A stretch of DNA of 25,074 bases from Myxococcota bacterium. GTDB taxonomy: Bacteria; Myxococcota_A; Polyangia; Polyangiales; Sandaracinaceae. The translations under genes and the position numbers were made by a program. How positions within the stretch are numbered: the first letter of the stretch is position 1; every line of letters starts with the position of its first letter. Shown piece after piece: positions 21,383 to 25,074 of the stretch. Under the pieces are notes generated by a model, which saw nothing but the letters and a program-made list of their open reading frames with translations, was not told the DNA's origin and searched no databases. Location of the stretch: assembly GCA_036149055.1 (NCBI GenBank), contig JAYZQJ010000046.1, positions 1 through 25,074 on the forward strand. The letters are read 5' to 3'.

Positions 21383-24124
21383 ATGGCCTCCTACAAGCTC
21401 GCCACGCACCTGCCGCGCTACCTGCGGGACATCCAGCTCGAGGTCGAGGAGGTCGCCAAGGACTTCGGCCTCGACTTCTTCCCCACCATCTTCGAGGTCG
21501 TCGCTTACGACCAGATGAACGAGCTCGCCGCCTACGGCGGGTTCCCGGTGCGCTACCCGCACTGGCGCTTCGGCATGGAGTACGAGCAGCTCAGCAAGAG
21601 CGCGGAGTACGGCCTGTCGAAGATCTACGAGATGGTGATCAACAACAACCCGGCGATCGCCTACCTGCTCGAGGGCAACAGCCTCGTCGATCAGAAGCTC
21701 GTGATGACCCACGTGTACGCGCACGTGGACTTCTTCAAGAACAACTTCACCTTCCGCGCGACCAACCAGGGCATCGACCACGCCTCGGGCACGCCCTTCC
21801 GCAAGTGGGTCGACACGATGGCCAACCACGGCGCCATCGTGCGCCGCTGGGCGAACCGCGTCGGCATCGAGCGCGTCGAGGAGTTCATCGACAGCTGCCT
21901 CAGCCTCGAGAACCTCATCGATCCGCAGAAGCCCTTCCAGCCGGTCCGGCGCTCCGAGGAGAAGGCCGGCGAGGGCGAAGAGGATCCGATCGAGATCGCC
22001 CGCCTCCGTGTCGAGCACGAGTACATGGAGGACTACATCAACCCGCAGGAGTTCCTCGACGCCCAGAAGGCGAAGGCGGAGCAGGAGCGGGAGCAGGCCA
22101 AGAGGACCCCCGAGCACCCCGACCGCGACGTGCTCGGCTTCCTGCTCGAGCACGCGCCGCTCGAGCGCTGGGAGCGCGACCTGCTGAGCGTGGTGCGCCG
22201 CGAGGCCTACTACTTCTGGCCGCAGATGCAGACGAAGATCATGAACGAGGGCTGGGCCTGCGTGGCCCCCGACACCCTCGTCTTCACCGATCGCGGGCTG
22301 CTGACGATGCGCGACGTGGTCGAGGGAGCGTGCGCGGCCGTCTCCGATGGGGACGCGCCGAAGCGGGTGCTCGACCAGAACGTCATCCGCGACCACGCGA
22401 CGATCACGGTGCGGACGCGCCGGGGCCTCGTGCTCACCGGGTCGGACAACCACCGGGTGATGACGCCCGACGGCGAGTGGCGGCGGCTCGACGCCCTCTC
22501 GCTCGGCGACGAGGTCCGAGTAGGCGGCGGCGCGGGCATGTGGCCGACCGAGCAGGTCTCGCTGGGCTGGACGCCGGGCTCGCGGGTGTCGCTCGAGGAC
22601 GTGGCCGAGGAGGCGGACGTCTCGATCTGGACCGTGCTCCGACACCGGGCCGGCCGAACCGTGAGGCGGGCGGAGGCGGTGGCCTCGGCGCTCGAGGCCT
22701 ACGAGGCGCCGGCGAACCAGGCGCTCCCGACGTCGATGAAGAAGCGCGCCGCGATCCGCGTCCCGCGGACGGTCGACGCCGACCTCGGCGCGTTCCTCGG
22801 CTACCTCGTCGGCGACGGGCACATCAGCCGGGCCAAGCGGACGCTGGGGCTGACCACCGCCGACGCGCCGCAGGCCGAGCGCTTCGCGCAGCTCGCCACC
22901 CGCCTCTTCGACGTGCGGCCGACCCTCCGCCAGGACGAGGGCCGGATCCGGGTGAGCGTGAGCGCCGAGCACCTCTCGGACCTCCTGGTGGACGGCCTCG
23001 GCCTGACCCATGGGCCGAGCGCCCGCGAGAAGTCGATCCCGCGCGCCATCCTGCGCTCGCCGAAGCCGGTCGTCGCCTCGTTCCTCCGGGCGTACTTCGA
23101 CTGCGACGGCTACGCGGGCAAGCAGGGCGTGATCCTGAGCACCGCGAGCGAGCGGCTCGGTCGGGAGACGCAGCTGCTCCTCCTGGGCTTCGGGATCCTG
23201 TCGCGGCGCCGCGAGCAGAAGGACGGGGTCTGGCACCGGCACGTGCCCGGCGCGTCGGCGAAGCGCTTCGCCGAGGAGATCGGCTTCGGGCTGGCCCGAA
23301 AGCAGGAGGCGCTGGAGGCGTACCTGGCCTCGAAGCGCTGGCTGAAGCGCGAGCGCTGGCAAGACGAGATCGTCGCGATCGAGCACGGGCGCGGAGACGT
23401 CTACGACATCACCGTCGAGGACACGCACCGCTACGCCGCCGCCGGGCTGGTCAATCACAACTCGTACTGGCACTCCAAGATGATGACGACGAAGGTCGCC
23501 ACCGACGCGGAGATCATCGAGTACGCCGAGCGGAACGCGAGCGTGATGGAGACGGGGTCGGGGCGGCTGAACCCGTACAAGATCGGGGTCGAGCTCTACC
23601 GGCACATCGAGGACCGGTGGAACAAGGGGCAGTTCGGCAAGGAGTGGGAGGACTGCGACTCCCTCGAGGCGCGCCGCAACTGGGACCGCCGCACCGGGCT
23701 CGGGCGGAAGAAGATCTTCGAGGTCCGCTCGCTCTACAACGACGTGACCTTCATCGACGAGTTCCTCACGCCGGAGTTCGTCGCGGAGCAGAAGCTCTAC
23801 ACGTTCGGCTACAACCAGCGGAACGACCGCTACGAGATCGAGAGCCGGAAGTTCCAGTCGGTGAAGGAGAAGCTGCTCTTCAGCCTGACCAACGCCGGCC
23901 AGCCCTTCATCTACGTGGTCGACAACAACTACGAGAACCGCGGCGAGCTGCTGCTCAGCCACGACCACCAGGGCGTCGACCTCAAGCTCGACTGGGCCAA
24001 GGAGGTGCTCCGCGCCCTCGAGCGCGTGTGGCGCCGCCCGGTGGAGATCCACACGCTCGTCGAGAGCAAGCCGGTGCTCCTCCGCTTCGACGGCAAGGAG
24101 CACACCCAGCGCCCGATCAAGTGA
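21383..24124 (+). CDS. spoVR: SpoVR/YcgB-family protein interrupted by an intein (913-aa precursor, 512 aa predicted after splicing)
   Basis: YGGFPVRYPHWRFG, SKIYEMVINNNP, HVYAHVDFFKNN, YFWPQMQTKIMNEGWA...SYWH, LNPYKIG, YNDVTFIDEFLT. Confidence 0.95.
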   Translation: MASYKLATHLPRYLRDIQLEVEEVAKDFGLDFFPTIFEVVAYDQMNELAAYGGFPVRYPHWRFGMEYEQLSKSAEYGLSKIYEMVINNNPAIAYLLEGNSLVDQKLVMTHVYAHVDFFKNNFTFRATNQGIDHASGTPFRKWVDTMANHGAIVRRWANRVGIERVEEFIDSCLSLENLIDPQKPFQPVRRSEEKAGEGEEDPIEIARLRVEHEYMEDYINPQEFLDAQKAKAEQEREQAKRTPEHPDRDVLGFLLEHAPLERWERDLLSVVRREAYYFWPQMQTKIMNEGWACVAPDTLVFTDRGLLTMRDVVEGACAAVSDGDAPKRVLDQNVIRDHATITVRTRRGLVLTGSDNHRVMTPDGEWRRLDALSLGDEVRVGGGAGMWPTEQVSLGWTPGSRVSLEDVAEEADVSIWTVLRHRAGRTVRRAEAVASALEAYEAPANQALPTSMKKRAAIRVPRTVDADLGAFLGYLVGDGHISRAKRTLGLTTADAPQAERFAQLATRLFDVRPTLRQDEGRIRVSVSAEHLSDLLVDGLGLTHGPSAREKSIPRAILRSPKPVVASFLRAYFDCDGYAGKQGVILSTASERLGRETQLLLLGFGILSRRREQKDGVWHRHVPGASAKRFAEEIGFGLARKQEALEAYLASKRWLKRERWQDEIVAIEHGRGDVYDITVEDTHRYAAAGLVNHNSYWHSKMMTTKVATDAEIIEYAERNASVMETGSGRLNPYKIGVELYRHIEDRWNKGQFGKEWEDCDSLEARRNWDRRTGLGRKKIFEVRSLYNDVTFIDEFLTPEFVAEQKLYTFGYNQRNDRYEIESRKFQSVKEKLLFSLTNAGQPFIYVVDNNYENRGELLLSHDHQGVDLKLDWAKEVLRALERVWRRPVEIHTLVESKPVLLRFDGKEHTQRPIK
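22259..23461 (+). mobile_element. Intein (401 aa) with LAGLIDADG homing endonuclease and HTH-like insert
   Basis: Block A CVAPDTLVFTDRG; block B TGSDNHRV; LAGLIDADG motifs FLGYLVGDG and FLRAYFDCDG; block F VYDITV; block G LVNHN then Ser+1. Excision restores NEGWA-SYWH. Confidence 0.96.
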
Positions 24125-24140
24125 CCGGGCGCGCGCTCCT

Positions 24141-24755
24141 TCAGAGCGTGAGACCGTCGCAGTTCTGGAAGATGAAGCGGCCCGGGGTCATCTCGTTGGA
24201 CGGCGTGGAGCCGACCTGGGTGACCTCGAGGGTCAGCATCGGGTTGGCCTGGTTCTCCAGACCCTGGCAGAAGATGGCGCCCTCGATCGTCGGGTTGCCC
24301 ATCTCGTCGTAGAACCGGACCGCGTTGATCTGGCAGGGCTGGGCCTCGCTCGGCGGGTTCGCGCCGCAGTCGCCGCGGTAGCGGTTGGCCCCCTCGGTGA
24401 GGGTGACGGTGCAGCCCGCGCCGCCGGCCGAGGACGAGCCGGGCGCGAAGACCGCCTGGTTCACCGCGATGCTGAAGTCCGAGCCCTGCTGGGCGCCGAA
24501 GCTGACCACGCGGGTCCCGTCGTCCTGCTCCTGGACGCTGCAGCTGAGCGACGGCGACGCGACGCCGTCCTCGCAGGTGTCGCCGTTGTCGATGCCGCAC
24601 ACGTCCCGGTTCTTCGGGCCGCCGCAGTGCGGCGTCGCCGCCATCTCGCAGCGGGTGGCGTACTGGATGTCGGCGAAGAGCGCGCCGGCGTTCGGGTCAC
24701 CGCAGCCGGCGAGACCGAGGGCGAGGAGAATGGAGGCGAAAGCTACTGAGCGCAT
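24141..24755 (-). CDS. Hypothetical Cys-rich lipoprotein (204 aa)
   Basis: MRSVAFASILLALGLAGC lipobox; GGGGAG SD; 10 further Cys. Confidence 0.8.
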   Translation of the reverse strand: MRSVAFASILLALGLAGCGDPNAGALFADIQYATRCEMAATPHCGGPKNRDVCGIDNGDTCEDGVASPSLSCSVQEQDDGTRVVSFGAQQGSDFSIAVNQAVFAPGSSSAGGAGCTVTLTEGANRYRGDCGANPPSEAQPCQINAVRFYDEMGNPTIEGAIFCQGLENQANPMLTLEVTQVGSTPSNEMTPGRFIFQNCDGLTL

Positions 24756-24793
24756 GACGTGGTCTCCCCACGGACAGATCCGTGTCAGGTGGC

Positions 24794-24823
24794 AGGTTAC
24801 GAACAAGCCCGCCGCGGGCGCAA
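24794..24823 (-). promoter_or_regulatory. Putative sigma70-type promoter of the lipoprotein gene
   Basis: On the minus strand: TTGCGC, 18-nt spacer, TAACCT. Confidence 0.45.
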
Positions 24824-24883
24824 CAAAGTCAGAGGTGGCGAATCATGGCGCCGGGGCATCCCCGCCCGCTTCCACGGCACTGA

Positions 24884-25025
24884 CCGAGACGACGGCAGGC
24901 GACGAGCGCAGCGAGGTCGCCGCGCGCGCCACTCGAGTCGTTCGATTCCGCGGCAGCGGGCGGCCAGCTCGCGCGCAGCGCGAGCGCGAGCCGCAGGGGC
25001 CCCCAGCGCCCCGTCGCTGGGGTCG
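24884..25025. repeat. Structured interspersed repeat, right copy (inverted relative to 22-161)
   Basis: Reverse complement matches 46-161 with 2 mismatches; hairpin CCCCAGCG-CCCCGT-CGCTGGGG. Confidence 0.9.
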
Positions 25026-25074
25026 CGGCGCGAGCGCGAAGCGCGACGCGCCGGCGGAGTCGGGAGGGGGGCCC

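Noticed and set aside
20164..21384. N-terminal extension making an 898-aa Cys-rich protein
   Set aside because: It is the antisense shadow of yeaH; the lipobox and SD-like run place the start near 20163.

Overview
Very GC-rich (~70%+ by eye) bacterial DNA whose gene content (several Hanks-type kinases, PEGA proteins, Myxococcus-type cysteine-rich repeat lipoproteins) points to Myxococcota, probably Polyangiales/Sandaracinaceae-like; this taxonomy is inferred. About 22 credible CDSs. Housekeeping and general genes: gluQ, a DEDDh exonuclease, FMN reductase, pirin, rsmD, coaD. Signalling: an intact Ser/Thr kinase and a clearly degenerate pseudokinase. Other: a PolX-N-terminus-like HhH protein, three PEGA proteins sharing a C-terminal ...G(S/A)F motif, a MATCAP/DUF1704-like peptidase and two paralogous Cys-rich lipoproteins. 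The prkA(yeaG)-yeaH-spoVR triad is split by a four-gene envelope block. The clearest unusual element is a 401-aa intein (two LAGLIDADG motifs plus an HTH-like insert) in the conserved NEGWA|SYWH motif of SpoVR. Also seen: a ~140-bp structured repeat at both window ends in inverted orientation, 14-bp triplications of the stop-codon region of both gluQ and prkA, -10 boxes just upstream of several start codons (possible leaderless mRNAs), and a candidate 39-aa small protein. No rRNA, tRNA, CRISPR, transposase or integrase was recognised. All family calls come from motif recognition only; no searches were run.
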